From positions 1 to 64,000 of the forward strand of contig CDROCS010005092.1 in NCBI GenBank assembly GCA_977020255.1: a stretch of DNA of 64,000 bases, in the 5' to 3' direction. Both the position numbers and the translations under genes were made by a program. Position 1 is the stretch's first letter. The number at the start of each line of letters is the position of its first letter. Under the pieces are notes generated by a model. That model did no database searches, was not told the origin of the DNA, and saw only the letters and a program-made list of their open reading frames with translations. Source of the stretch: Obrimoposthia wandeli. Lineage: Eukaryota. Below, in pieces: positions 52,701-61,190 of this stretch.

Positions 52701-54175
52701 TGTTGCGCTAACAGTGTAACAATTGAACTGCCATATTGATGAGTGCTGAGATCACTCCCAGTTGACCATTGGGCTACTTTACTTGCTTCATTCGCTGTAA
52801 TTATTGACAGCGAGGCAATATTTTTTTCAGTTTTGTTTTCAGCATCAAGAGCATACTGCGTTAAAAGGTGAGTCAAACGCTGACCATGCAATCGTAACTC
52901 ATCTTTGTTATATCGCGATGAATTAGCAGATAACTCAATAGAGAGTTTACCCTGATGAACATAAACCCCAAATTCGATATCTTCTATCGGTCCTGTAGCA
53001 AGTTGATGAGTACTAGCACTAACGCCTGCAATATCTAAGGCATAATCAAATAACTTACAGTTTAGCGTCGCACTATATAAACGTTGTTGCCCGCCAGCTA
53101 ATCCGACATCGCGCTGAATTTGTTCCGCTTCATATTGTTGGTGCCGACGTACTTTTTTAATCTCCCTAGTCAATAAACCGATAACACTATTAAACGTATA
53201 TTCAGGTAATAACGTCACGACCAGTGGTAATAGGTTAACGGCGGTACCTAAAGTGGTTAATGCTTGAAAGCCCATTCTTCTCATCAACGGATAACCAATG
53301 CATATCGTTTCTTGCTGGGTGACTTTCGACAAATAAATCAGTATTGTGGCACTCGCAATATCGGCGATAGAAAAGTCAGCATGTTGTGCTATTTGTTGAC
53401 AGACATCATTAGGTAATGAAAATTTATGCCTGATAACGGCAGTATTTAAACCATCAGAGCCAATTGATGGTCGATATGACATCGATGCTTGAGGAGGTAT
53501 GTTCTCACAGTAATCTAACCAAAACTTTTTATCTTTTTCTTTCTTAATAGACATTTCATAAGTTAGATATTCAGCGATAACTTGGCTGTAAGGTGTAAAA
53601 GGACTGTCACCAATCACTTTGTTTGATATTAATGCTGAATAAATAGCAGCAATACGTTGCGTTAACGCAGTAAAACTAAATCCATCTACCATCAAATGGT
53701 GATAACGTTGGTACCAAAACCAGCGTTTATTTCCATTTTTTGCTGTAAGTTTAATAATTATATGATGATATAATTGTTCAGAGTCACTCGCTCTTGGTGC
53801 TTGCTGAATATCATTTTCCATTAATGATATGGCTTGCTCTTCATCAATATTTCCCATTGAATTATCAACAAGTGAGAGGTCAATAAAAATAGCTTCATTG
53901 GGCAGCTCAGGCATTGGCAATGAAGGGATCATTTGAACTGCCCCATCGGATTTATTTTCATAACTACTATGTACTGTATCTGCTTCAGCCAGTCCTAACT
54001 GAATTGCTTTTTGAAGCGCCACAACATCCATATCACCGCAAAGCTCAACGTATTGAGCAACGGTAAAAGTATTATTCTTTGTCGCTAATTGATCTGCTAA
54101 CCAAATGCCTAGTTGTGGTCCAACAATGGGAAAGTTTTCTACTGTAGAAGGTGAGGTAAAAATAGTATCGGGCAC
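49709..54175 (-). CDS. NRPS 5' fragment (C1-A1-T1-partial C2), 1488 aa
   Basis: GTG start with AAGGA RBS; stop TAG falls inside C2. Confidence 0.7.
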   Translation of the reverse strand: MPDTIFTSPSTVENFPIVGPQLGIWLADQLATKNNTFTVAQYVELCGDMDVVALQKAIQLGLAEADTVHSSYENKSDGAVQMIPSLPMPELPNEAIFIDLSLVDNSMGNIDEEQAISLMENDIQQAPRASDSEQLYHHIIIKLTAKNGNKRWFWYQRYHHLMVDGFSFTALTQRIAAIYSALISNKVIGDSPFTPYSQVIAEYLTYEMSIKKEKDKKFWLDYCENIPPQASMSYRPSIGSDGLNTAVIRHKFSLPNDVCQQIAQHADFSIADIASATILIYLSKVTQQETICIGYPLMRRMGFQALTTLGTAVNLLPLVVTLLPEYTFNSVIGLLTREIKKVRRHQQYEAEQIQRDVGLAGGQQRLYSATLNCKLFDYALDIAGVSASTHQLATGPIEDIEFGVYVHQGKLSIELSANSSRYNKDELRLHGQRLTHLLTQYALDAENKTEKNIASLSIITANEASKVAQWSTGSDLSTHQYGSSIVTLLAQQSLKHGNNTALIFEEQHLDFNQLSGRINQLSRLLLSHNVEPGDLVAVALPRTIESIISMFAIMSIGAVYLPLDLNHPAERLAMMCEDKIPSITLTMKAQKHLLPSTIDTLSLDDKSTLALLNSCYEHPLAMHAHTFEKHDIAYVFYTSGSTGRPKGVMVSHGALINLVAALADKVYSCINNDISSNNSDEVSDQLTVALTGSLSFDTSWDPIILMSLGHKLHLYADEVKQDIYTLLELIDRDKINTLAVAPSLATQLVQAGLCESGRHQPALMTICGEAVPPSLWQALQHSAISVHNIYGPTEFTVYATSKEITSQSADVVIGQPLANTKVYVLDEKLMPVPVGVNGELYLAGENMSAGYLNRPEITATKFVADPFVMGDVMYVTGDIVRWSTDGELIFVGRCDNQVKVRGFRIELGDVESALSSLEVTKEVAIILDETDNGNRLLAYCTIIDDPLSNEQIIASIYQHLASTLPTYMLPAIITILLEMPLTVSGKINKQALPKPAIVSQDFALPTTREEIVLCEEIATILGLDNVGLEDDFFKMAGDSISAMRLSIAVRKKGFDLKPQDIFTDRTPSKMVVSMSELAKTSHDDKQVNVRSTDANLNIDALNDRHQALSIMPTPNEVKLLVEHYGEQSVILPTLPLQAGLLFHTQVSDDDSQYSFTTKLTINGEVNITKLQEAVARIIFKYPQLAAKFDVELTGKPLQLIPSMTIEQARCYCPVTEHDFSQMNETSKEKALHAFEMTAAYRHFNVGQQGAMHTADEARLFFIALIKMGDAKYELVITAHHLIIDGWSTPILLRDLLNSYHDIDRLNVDSNSRYQDVVYQMANRATQEAEAQWRSALTNVTPTILYPNAKQKSSHVAELHRSLNTELTVKINEFCRQHGITLNTLIQGIWAAQLGSMTGRDTIVFGSPVSGRFSDINGVDEQVGLFSNTLPVNVNFNANETFLSQLIKLQKQQISLMSHDCLGLGEIQRLVNIYNLFDTLLVVENYPVQ

Positions 54176-54287
54176 TATAAAATCCTTTAATTAAGTGACG
54201 TTAAATTAATACCAATTCCACTTCCTGAACATCTCTACTGGCGATAAAATTGGTATAAGTTGTTGTGAACCTTAAAGCAGTTACCTA

Positions 54288-54464
54288 TTAAGTATTAGAT
54301 AAAAATGTCAGACATTTTTCACGCGCATCAGGTCCAAATACAACACGCCAGCCAGCAGGAATGCAGGTAAAGTTTGGCCACAAACTTTGCTGATCTTTAT
54401 CATTAACCAGTACGAAAAACTGATGTTGGCTGTTGTCAAATGGGTTTTGGTATTCGCTTTGCAT
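54288..54464 (-). CDS. MbtH-like (YbdZ-type) protein, 58 aa, probably truncated; not in the ORF track
   Basis: Translated by hand: MQSEYQNPFDNSQHQFFVLVNDKDQQSLWPNFTCIPAGWRVVFGPDAREKCLTFLSNT; NPFD, SLWP and PAGW motifs; AAGGA RBS; lies between fes and the NRPS. Confidence 0.9.
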   Translation of the reverse strand: MQSEYQNPFDNSQHQFFVLVNDKDQQSLWPNFTCIPAGWRVVFGPDAREKCLTFLSNT

Positions 54465-54502
54465 TATTTATCCTTAATAACCGCAATTTGCGGTTCCATG
54501 GG

Positions 54503-55897
54503 TTACGAAATTGTTGTTTTTTTTGATAAGATTTTCACTGGTGTTAGCCATTCTTGAAGACCTTTTATTAGTCCTTCTCGCCAACAAACCTGGTCGTGCC
54601 CTCCGCAATATTCCGTCAACATAACTTGATGGTCTGTATTAACAAGAGACTGATAAAAGTTATGGTTCAGAGCCTTTAAACGCGTTTCTTTACTGCCTAT
54701 TTGCATCACTATATTGACATTCTTATTAGCAATGCTATTCGTTAATACTTGAGTTGTTAGCCAACCATTTTTTGGTGCTTTAGTCGCATGTCCATCATTC
54801 ATCCCTTGCTGCATTAGTGATGGTGTTGGCCACCAAAATGAACCCGACTGACATATTACTTGATTAAACATGTCGGGACGGCTTAATCCGGCATACATTG
54901 CTGCCAAGCCGCCTAAGCTTTGTCCCACAACGCAACGTTGATGAGGAGACACTCTACCTTCGAACCAGCGATTAATTTCACTAAAAAGTTCGTCATTGAT
55001 TGCCTGCCAAAATAACGGGTTACAGCCTAAATCTACCGGTCGTTGTTTTTTTGAAACATGACCAATAAATACGTAAATTGCCGGGGATAAACAATGCTCA
55101 TCGGTTAACATTTGTAATGCAGAAAAAATAGGCATTACTTCAGCCCAGCTTTCGCCATCTAGAATCAAAACCATCGGTTTTTCAGTGTGTAATTCAGCGG
55201 TGCTATTTTTAGTTTCAAATAACCAAATTGGACGAGAGCTTTGCAATAAAGAACTTGTCCAGCTGAAAGTTCGTAACGATTGGGCGGCCTTGTGCTTTGG
55301 TAAAAATTGCAATGCTTCAGAAATATCCCATTTTTGCCAAGCCTTATGTTGCTTCGTCCATGGTAAATATAATAGAGAACGGTTTTGTCCCCATAAACAA
55401 TATTTAGGGCTAATGATGTTTAGCGGATCCGCAGCAGCGAAGGCTAGCATTTCACGCCACCATCGACGATGATTTTCTTTATTAGCATTGCTTTCATTAT
55501 CGGTATTTTTTACTGAGTTTATTGCCGGTTTCTTTAATGAATCTAATGGGGCTAAATTATCAACTTTTATCGGAATAAAAAAGTAAGTACCGTGCCAATC
55601 TGATGATATTAAGGTCTGCCAATACCATACATCTGTGCCAGAAATTCTGCTCAGTTTTTGAGGCTTAGTATGGTGTTCTGTGAGGCAATTCACTTCGATA
55701 TATACCGTATGAGTTGAAGAAACATTTTCATTGCCCTCAAGGTCACGCCATAAAAAAGTAACATGGCACTTTTCCCCTAAATGCTGAACCAAGGGGGTGC
55801 TTAACGTTTTTATTTCTGACCACCAATCAGCATGGCCAACATTCTCTTGAAGTAACAAATTATTTCCTGCGAGTAATAAAGTCATTTTCTTGTACAA
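54503..55897 (-). CDS. fes: Enterochelin-esterase-family ferric siderophore esterase
   Basis: VTFLWRD, GTDVWYW, ADPLN, ILDGESW, GQSLGG, SGSFWWP and GGHD motifs. Confidence 0.92.
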   Translation of the reverse strand: MYKKMTLLLAGNNLLLQENVGHADWWSEIKTLSTPLVQHLGEKCHVTFLWRDLEGNENVSSTHTVYIEVNCLTEHHTKPQKLSRISGTDVWYWQTLISSDWHGTYFFIPIKVDNLAPLDSLKKPAINSVKNTDNESNANKENHRRWWREMLAFAAADPLNIISPKYCLWGQNRSLLYLPWTKQHKAWQKWDISEALQFLPKHKAAQSLRTFSWTSSLLQSSRPIWLFETKNSTAELHTEKPMVLILDGESWAEVMPIFSALQMLTDEHCLSPAIYVFIGHVSKKQRPVDLGCNPLFWQAINDELFSEINRWFEGRVSPHQRCVVGQSLGGLAAMYAGLSRPDMFNQVICQSGSFWWPTPSLMQQGMNDGHATKAPKNGWLTTQVLTNSIANKNVNIVMQIGSKETRLKALNHNFYQSLVNTDHQVMLTEYCGGHDQVCWREGLIKGLQEWLTPVKILSKKTTIS

Positions 55898-55947
55898 AAA
55901 AATTGTCTGACCTATTTTTTATTGCAAGTAATATAATCGAATGAATA

Positions 55948-55966
55948 ACCGATGATAATGATTTTT
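55948..55966. promoter_or_regulatory. Candidate Fur box for the fes-mbtH-NRPS operon
   Basis: ATGATAATGATT core; 12/19 match to GATAATGATAATCATTATC counted by eye. Confidence 0.6.
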
Positions 55967-56026
55967 TTTTGTTTGACGGGGCTATAGGGATCTTAGTCAC
56001 ATAGAGATAAGTTAATTAAAAAGGTA

Positions 56027-56177
56027 TATACCCGCTTCGGGCTTGTGAGATATCTTACTTTTAGACAAAGTGATAAAACAATGGATATTGCCTATTTTCA
56101 TTGCGGCATAAGTAAAAGGGACGGTGTAAAATTCTCTCTATTTGCTGGAACTTGCATCCTCAAGTGGAGCGGTTATA
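56027..56177. repeat. ERIC-like repeat
   Basis: TATACCCGCTT...CTTGCATCCTCAAGTGGAGCGGTTATA; the right end resembles the reverse complement of the 60829 left end. Confidence 0.75.
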
Positions 56178-56260
56178 AAGACTATGTTCCCGTTAACTGC
56201 TGTTAATTAAAAAATAAGCCAACAACAACTCAAGGGAGCATAATCAATATCGATTGAGCG

Positions 56261-57868
56261 CTATAATTTTTGTTTTGCCGTTACCTCAATACTGTCTAAT
56301 GGTAGTGCCCAAATACTATTTTGTTCGCCGTGGTAGGCGCGTTTTTTGGTTTTTTGCGCGCTGTAATAAAATATTGCTGAGAATATCAAGGCAGTGATAT
56401 CAACCATCAAATTTGCAAAATATATTGAGTTCCATTGCGTTAAATTAGGTATCAATGCTGTAGCTAAACTGGTCAGCGGTATAGCGATACAAACTAATGC
56501 TAACAATTGCTGAAGGTGGATAGCAGATCGTGCAGCCCCGCGGGTAAAGCTATAAATTAATGCAATAAAAAACATCATATAGTAACAAGTCATAAAGCCA
56601 TTATTAACAGGTATACTCGCTAAGTATAACCATTTATTCGCAAGCATTGCGCTAACTAAACCTAAAATTGAGCCTAAGCTGATACCAATAGTAAGTGCTG
56701 CCATAAAGCGGTTTGATCGACTTTGTTTGGCTTGTTTTTGTCGACGTTTTTCAAGCCAAAGTAAATTGCCACTGTAGAATAAAAATGCGCCCAATAATCC
56801 CATAACAAAATATAACCAACGTCCTAAATCACCGCCATAACTGCCAAAATGTAGAGAGAAAAAACTCACTACAATCGGTGTATACGTTTCATTTTCACTT
56901 GTTGCTGCACTATTGTACTGCACTGCAAAAGTATAGGGATTCATGTAAATAATGTCGCCGGTATTGCTACGCATCATTTGTTGAGGATTAATAATACTAA
57001 TGGCAACTACGGGTCTAACTGATGACAAGCCTGAAAACTTAAGTGTGTCTATCTGATAACCATCAGTAAGTTCCTTTACTTGTTTTATGTAGCTTGAAAT
57101 GGGAGGTAATTGCTTAACATTGTATTCAACCGCTGCGCTTTTACTACGTTCAAAGAGCGGTTTCTCACCATAAATAACACTTAATCCACCATAAAAAACG
57201 TCGTGAAAAGCAAAAACAACGACGCTCCAAGCAATGATTAAATGGAAGGGTAAACTAATGATACCAACAAGGTTATGACTGTCTAACCAAAAACGATTGC
57301 TACCTTTATTTTTTCTTAAAGCGAAAAAGCTTTTTACCAAAGTTGGCAGAAGAAAAATAACGCCTGACACTAACGCTACAAAATATAAAACAGCGGCAAT
57401 ACCTAAAATCAATACACCGAGATCCTCATGACCAACTTTACCGACAATACCAGCGGTGCGATGCAGCATATCAATGAGCTCTCCTAACTCATTGCTTGGG
57501 CTTAATTGCGTAATGAGCTCGCCATTGTCAGACAACGTTGCATGGTTCAGTACACTGTTAAGTTGAAGGTCACGACCACCACCTTGTTGATACCATGTCA
57601 TGGGGGACAACTGTGGATTAAAATTAAGCGTAAAGCCCTGCTGGGCTTTATCAAATTTAGCTATTACTTGTGAGACGAGCTTATCAGAGTCTTCCATTGC
57701 TATCGGTGATAAATGGCTACTCGACGGCGTAGCCCAATGGCCAATTTCAGCTTTGAACATGGTTAATGAACCGGCATAAAAGCCAATAAACAACACTAAA
57801 CCAGTAAGGATGCCTGTCCAAGTATGAAGGGTTTGATAGGTGCGTATAATATCGCTTCGAATTCTCAT
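56261..57868 (-). CDS. PepSY-associated TM protein (iron-regulated membrane protein, putative ferric-siderophore reductase)
   Basis: YQTLHTWTG, DMLH, DSHNLVG and FSLHFGSYGG conserved His motifs. Confidence 0.85.
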   Translation of the reverse strand: MRIRSDIIRTYQTLHTWTGILTGLVLFIGFYAGSLTMFKAEIGHWATPSSSHLSPIAMEDSDKLVSQVIAKFDKAQQGFTLNFNPQLSPMTWYQQGGGRDLQLNSVLNHATLSDNGELITQLSPSNELGELIDMLHRTAGIVGKVGHEDLGVLILGIAAVLYFVALVSGVIFLLPTLVKSFFALRKNKGSNRFWLDSHNLVGIISLPFHLIIAWSVVVFAFHDVFYGGLSVIYGEKPLFERSKSAAVEYNVKQLPPISSYIKQVKELTDGYQIDTLKFSGLSSVRPVVAISIINPQQMMRSNTGDIIYMNPYTFAVQYNSAATSENETYTPIVVSFFSLHFGSYGGDLGRWLYFVMGLLGAFLFYSGNLLWLEKRRQKQAKQSRSNRFMAALTIGISLGSILGLVSAMLANKWLYLASIPVNNGFMTCYYMMFFIALIYSFTRGAARSAIHLQQLLALVCIAIPLTSLATALIPNLTQWNSIYFANLMVDITALIFSAIFYYSAQKTKKRAYHGEQNSIWALPLDSIEVTAKQKL

Positions 57869-58164
57869 CTATACCACTGTAATAAAAAATAGAGGCTGTA
57901 GAGCATAATGTTTGCTGAGCCTAAATAAATAAAAGCCTTGATGCCTGTTTTGAATAAATAACTGAAAGTTAAAATAATGAGCCAAATAGGGCTGATCATC
58001 CACATATTAAACTGTACTTTTACGGGGGCATCAATGCCTCCGGGACCATACCAAGCAAACATACCGATCAGAGCAAAACTGAGTGTTAAACCCAGAGTTA
58101 GCCCCACGAATGTTTTTAGCCACCAATGTGGCTGAATTTTTTCAAGCGCACTTAATCGTGTCAT
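57865..58164 (-). CDS. Small membrane protein of the PepSY operon
   Basis: 99 aa with 3 TM segments; 4-bp overlaps with both neighbours. Confidence 0.75.
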   Translation of the reverse strand: MTRLSALEKIQPHWWLKTFVGLTLGLTLSFALIGMFAWYGPGGIDAPVKVQFNMWMISPIWLIILTFSYLFKTGIKAFIYLGSANIMLYSLYFLLQWYR

Positions 58165-58448
58165 TTAACTCTTCCTTGGGGTTTTATTAACGCAATGAGC
58201 GGAATAACAATAAGTGCTGATATAGCAGTAAAGAACCAAATAAATACAGCGGCACTGACGGCGAATAACTGTAGCCAAATAACGAGTGCGACTAAACAGC
58301 AGAGATAGGAAATTATACGCCAAAGCTTAGCTAATGGTTTGCGAATAAAGTGTTGATGCTTATTAGTAATATATAGAATAAATGCGCCTAATAGCGTTAT
58401 TCCTAGCGCGAATAGTTGTAACAGCAAAGCACCCTTCTTCATTAACAT
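58161..58448 (-). CDS. Small membrane protein (DUF3325-like) of the PepSY operon
   Basis: LYITNKHQ followed by TM helices; start uncertain (58448 or 58514). Confidence 0.65.
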   Translation of the reverse strand: MLMKKGALLLQLFALGITLLGAFILYITNKHQHFIRKPLAKLWRIISYLCCLVALVIWLQLFAVSAAVFIWFFTAISALIVIPLIALIKPQGRVK

Positions 58449-58677
58449 TAAAAATTTTGCAAATGTTACTGCAAACACACAAAAGATACAAATAGAAATG
58501 ATAATAATTACCATTTGCAGTTAAGGTGTTGTTCAAGTAAAGTGACGTCGATTTACTACCGTTGCGTCAATACATTTTTTGATGGTTATTTAACATTCGA
58601 ATAGCAATATTGGCTAATGTAATGATTCAAATGGTATCAATTTTTAATTACTTTATAGATAAAAAACAAGGAAAATC

Positions 58678-60747
58678 ATGGGAAGCCCATTATTTAAAGT
58701 TAACGCTATTACTGCCACTTTGTTTAGTACATTAATGGTATCGCAAGTCTTTGCTGCTGATAAAATCGACGTAGCAAAGCAAATTGAATCAATTGAAGTG
58801 ATCACGATACATGGTGAAAAAAGGGATCTTTCTTTGAAAGACACCACCTCATCGGTTTCTGTTATTACGGAAGAGGCACTAAAGTCACTGCAAAGTTTAA
58901 CCGTATCTGATGCAATATCTGACATTGCCAACGTGGTTGTTCTTTCGGGGGCCGCTCCTGATATTCGTGGCGTTTCAGGCAATGGTGCTGCGGGTGGTTT
59001 TAATTCAATAAGTGGCGGTGCCAAGGCGCGTGTATCTACATTAATTGACGGCGTTATAGAGCCCTTTGTCGCTGATTTAACCGGTGATTCCGGCATTTGG
59101 GACATAGAACAAATTGAAGTTTTTCGAGGACCTCAGTCAACCACTAATGGGCGAAATAGTATTGGCGGCGCATTATATATTAAAACTAAAGATCCGACTT
59201 TCGATTGGGAAGGTGCTGCACGTATTGGTTACCGTAATAAAAATAATTTTGTCGACACTTCAATCATGGCTTCTGGCCCTATCATCGATGATGAATTAGC
59301 CTTTAGAATAACCGCCCAAAAGTTAGATGGAAATACGATAAATAGCGGTTTAGTTTATGAAAATAACCCAATAACTTTTGATCAAAGCGAAGTAAAAACC
59401 AACCGTTTAAAAACAAAACTATTGTGGAAGCCAGCAAAGCTTGAAGACTTTTCAGCAATGCTGACTTATTCAAGTAGTAATGAAAAAGGTGATACGGGAA
59501 GAAATTATTATACCGGAGACGATCCATGGAAGTTTATTCCGCTTTTTCAACGCTATATGGATACGGAGTCTAAAAGTACGAGTTTAAAAGTTGATTATCA
59601 ACTCAATGCTTCAATGTCGATTGATGTATTAATGTCTCATCTGGATTATAAATATGGCTTTGATACTTACGAAATCGCAGCAGCACGACATTCAAAAGTA
59701 CGGGTAAATGAAACAGATAAAATGCTTGATGCCAAACTGAATTTTGGCTTAAATAGTGACCTGTTCACAGGTTTTGTCGGCTTGGCCTATTTTGACCGCA
59801 AGCAAGATTTAAATAGTCGCGGCGCCTCAACCTATGATGGTAAAGACAGTAGCGACTCTAAAGCTATTTACGGTGAGTTATCTTATACTATTGCCGATGA
59901 CTGGACCGTTATTGTGGGTGGTCGTATTGAAGACGAAAGTCAACAACGTGACTTTAGTATACTGTCCAGAGGTGCATTAATAGCTGATCAACTTAATAAT
60001 AGTAAAAAAGTAAAGTTACCAAAGTTAGTGATACAACATGCTCTGTCTGATAACACAACGCTATCAGCAAGTGCTCGCCGTGGTTATAACTCGGGTGGCG
60101 GCGCCCTCACCTTCGTCACTAATGAGTATTATTACTACGATGCCGAAACAGTCAATACTTATGAGTTGAGTGCAAGAAGTAGCTTTGATAACGGTAACAT
60201 TAATATCAGTACTAACATTTTTTACAATGACTATAACAATTATCAAGCCTTAAGCTCAACTCGAAAAATTACCAATATGGATGACGCAGAAACTTATGGT
60301 TTGGAACTTGAAGGTTCAGGTATGGTAACTGATAATTTACAAATAAATGCCAGCTTAGGGTTACTTAAAACTGACATTACCGACGGGGGCGAAAACTATC
60401 CTAATGTAACGGGTAATGAACTTAGTTCGGCGCCAGGTTTTACCGCGAAAATTGGCGGTAGATATTGGCTAACAGAACAGTTTAATATGGGGATCTCCAG
60501 CAATTATATTGATGAATATTACGGTGATTTTGCCAACACTGAAGAACGTGTTGCCGGCGGTTATTTACTGACACGTATTAATGTAAATTACGAAAATGAT
60601 AACTGGCTCGTTACTGCTTTTGTTAATAATGCTCAAAACAAAAAAGAAGTGACGCTTAGAGCACCGGCAGATCGTAGAAATCCTACAGGCTTTGCCGCTA
60701 TTGTCGATCCGAGAAATTTTGGTATATCGGCAACCTACAGTTTTTAA
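58678..60747 (+). CDS. TonB-dependent siderophore receptor (FyuA-like)
   Basis: Signal peptide, TonB-box-like ESIEVITI, plug motif IEQIEVFRGPQSTTNG and terminal Phe (ATYSF). Confidence 0.92.
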   Translation: MGSPLFKVNAITATLFSTLMVSQVFAADKIDVAKQIESIEVITIHGEKRDLSLKDTTSSVSVITEEALKSLQSLTVSDAISDIANVVVLSGAAPDIRGVSGNGAAGGFNSISGGAKARVSTLIDGVIEPFVADLTGDSGIWDIEQIEVFRGPQSTTNGRNSIGGALYIKTKDPTFDWEGAARIGYRNKNNFVDTSIMASGPIIDDELAFRITAQKLDGNTINSGLVYENNPITFDQSEVKTNRLKTKLLWKPAKLEDFSAMLTYSSSNEKGDTGRNYYTGDDPWKFIPLFQRYMDTESKSTSLKVDYQLNASMSIDVLMSHLDYKYGFDTYEIAAARHSKVRVNETDKMLDAKLNFGLNSDLFTGFVGLAYFDRKQDLNSRGASTYDGKDSSDSKAIYGELSYTIADDWTVIVGGRIEDESQQRDFSILSRGALIADQLNNSKKVKLPKLVIQHALSDNTTLSASARRGYNSGGGALTFVTNEYYYYDAETVNTYELSARSSFDNGNINISTNIFYNDYNNYQALSSTRKITNMDDAETYGLELEGSGMVTDNLQINASLGLLKTDITDGGENYPNVTGNELSSAPGFTAKIGGRYWLTEQFNMGISSNYIDEYYGDFANTEERVAGGYLLTRINVNYENDNWLVTAFVNNAQNKKEVTLRAPADRRNPTGFAAIVDPRNFGISATYSF

Positions 60748-60762
60748 TGAGTTAATCTTTCA

Positions 60763-60790
60763 GCTAGCAGTGAATTTTAGTACTGCTAGC
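60763..60790 (+). terminator. Hairpin after the receptor gene
   Basis: GCTAGCAGT-N10-ACTGCTAGC. Confidence 0.6.
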
Positions 60791-60828
60791 CGTTACTTTT
60801 AGAGGCTGTTAAAAAATATGATGGGGTT

Positions 60829-61112
60829 TATACCCAAGTCACTTGAAGATGCAGGATTGTGCAAGTCGAGAAAGGGTTAGCACCAAGGCATTGATTGAAG
60901 ACGAAACCATGGATGGTGAAGGTAGGGCGAAGCAGGATGCCAGAGCCGAGAATGGTTGTTCCATTGTCAAAATCAATAACGTCGGAGATGACCCTTTAGC
61001 GCCTTGCCTGCAGGGATGCAGGTACTTATGTTTAGTCTGGAACAATAAACATGTGTTCTTGAACAATTTATCCTCGCTTAAAATTGGTCAATAACTTATT
61101 ACATTTGGTATA
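60829..61112 (+). repeat. Longest, composite ERIC-like repeat (284 bp)
   Basis: TATACCC...TTGGTATA ends; segments shared with 4361, 22880, 24021 and 44289; nested inverted repeats. Confidence 0.9.
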
Positions 61113-61190
61113 AAAAGGCTAAAGCAATTGAGAGGACAACCTTGAATGTGCAAGCTGTTCACTCGCTTTGTTTATAATTCCGGCGTCTTA

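Larger units (their letters stand above)
46804..54175 (-). pseudogene. Dimodular catecholate-siderophore NRPS (C-A-T-C-A-T-TE; EntF/DhbF/VabF-like) split by a frameshift at about 49710
   Basis: C1 HHLMVDG, A1 YTSGSTGRPKG, T1 GDSI, C2 HHLIIDG ending LLVVENYP; C2 continues (NRGYTHYPLT) in another frame, then A2, T2 GGHSL and TE GYSFGG. Confidence 0.85.

Noticed and set aside
58615-58645. Fur box upstream of the TonB receptor (AATGATTCAAATGGTATC)
   Set aside because: Biologically expected, but only about 11/19 match by eye in AT-rich DNA; needs a PWM scan
60839-61094. Short ORFs 60839-61066 and 60843-61094
   Set aside because: They lie entirely within the ERIC-like repeat, with no RBS or recognisable protein features
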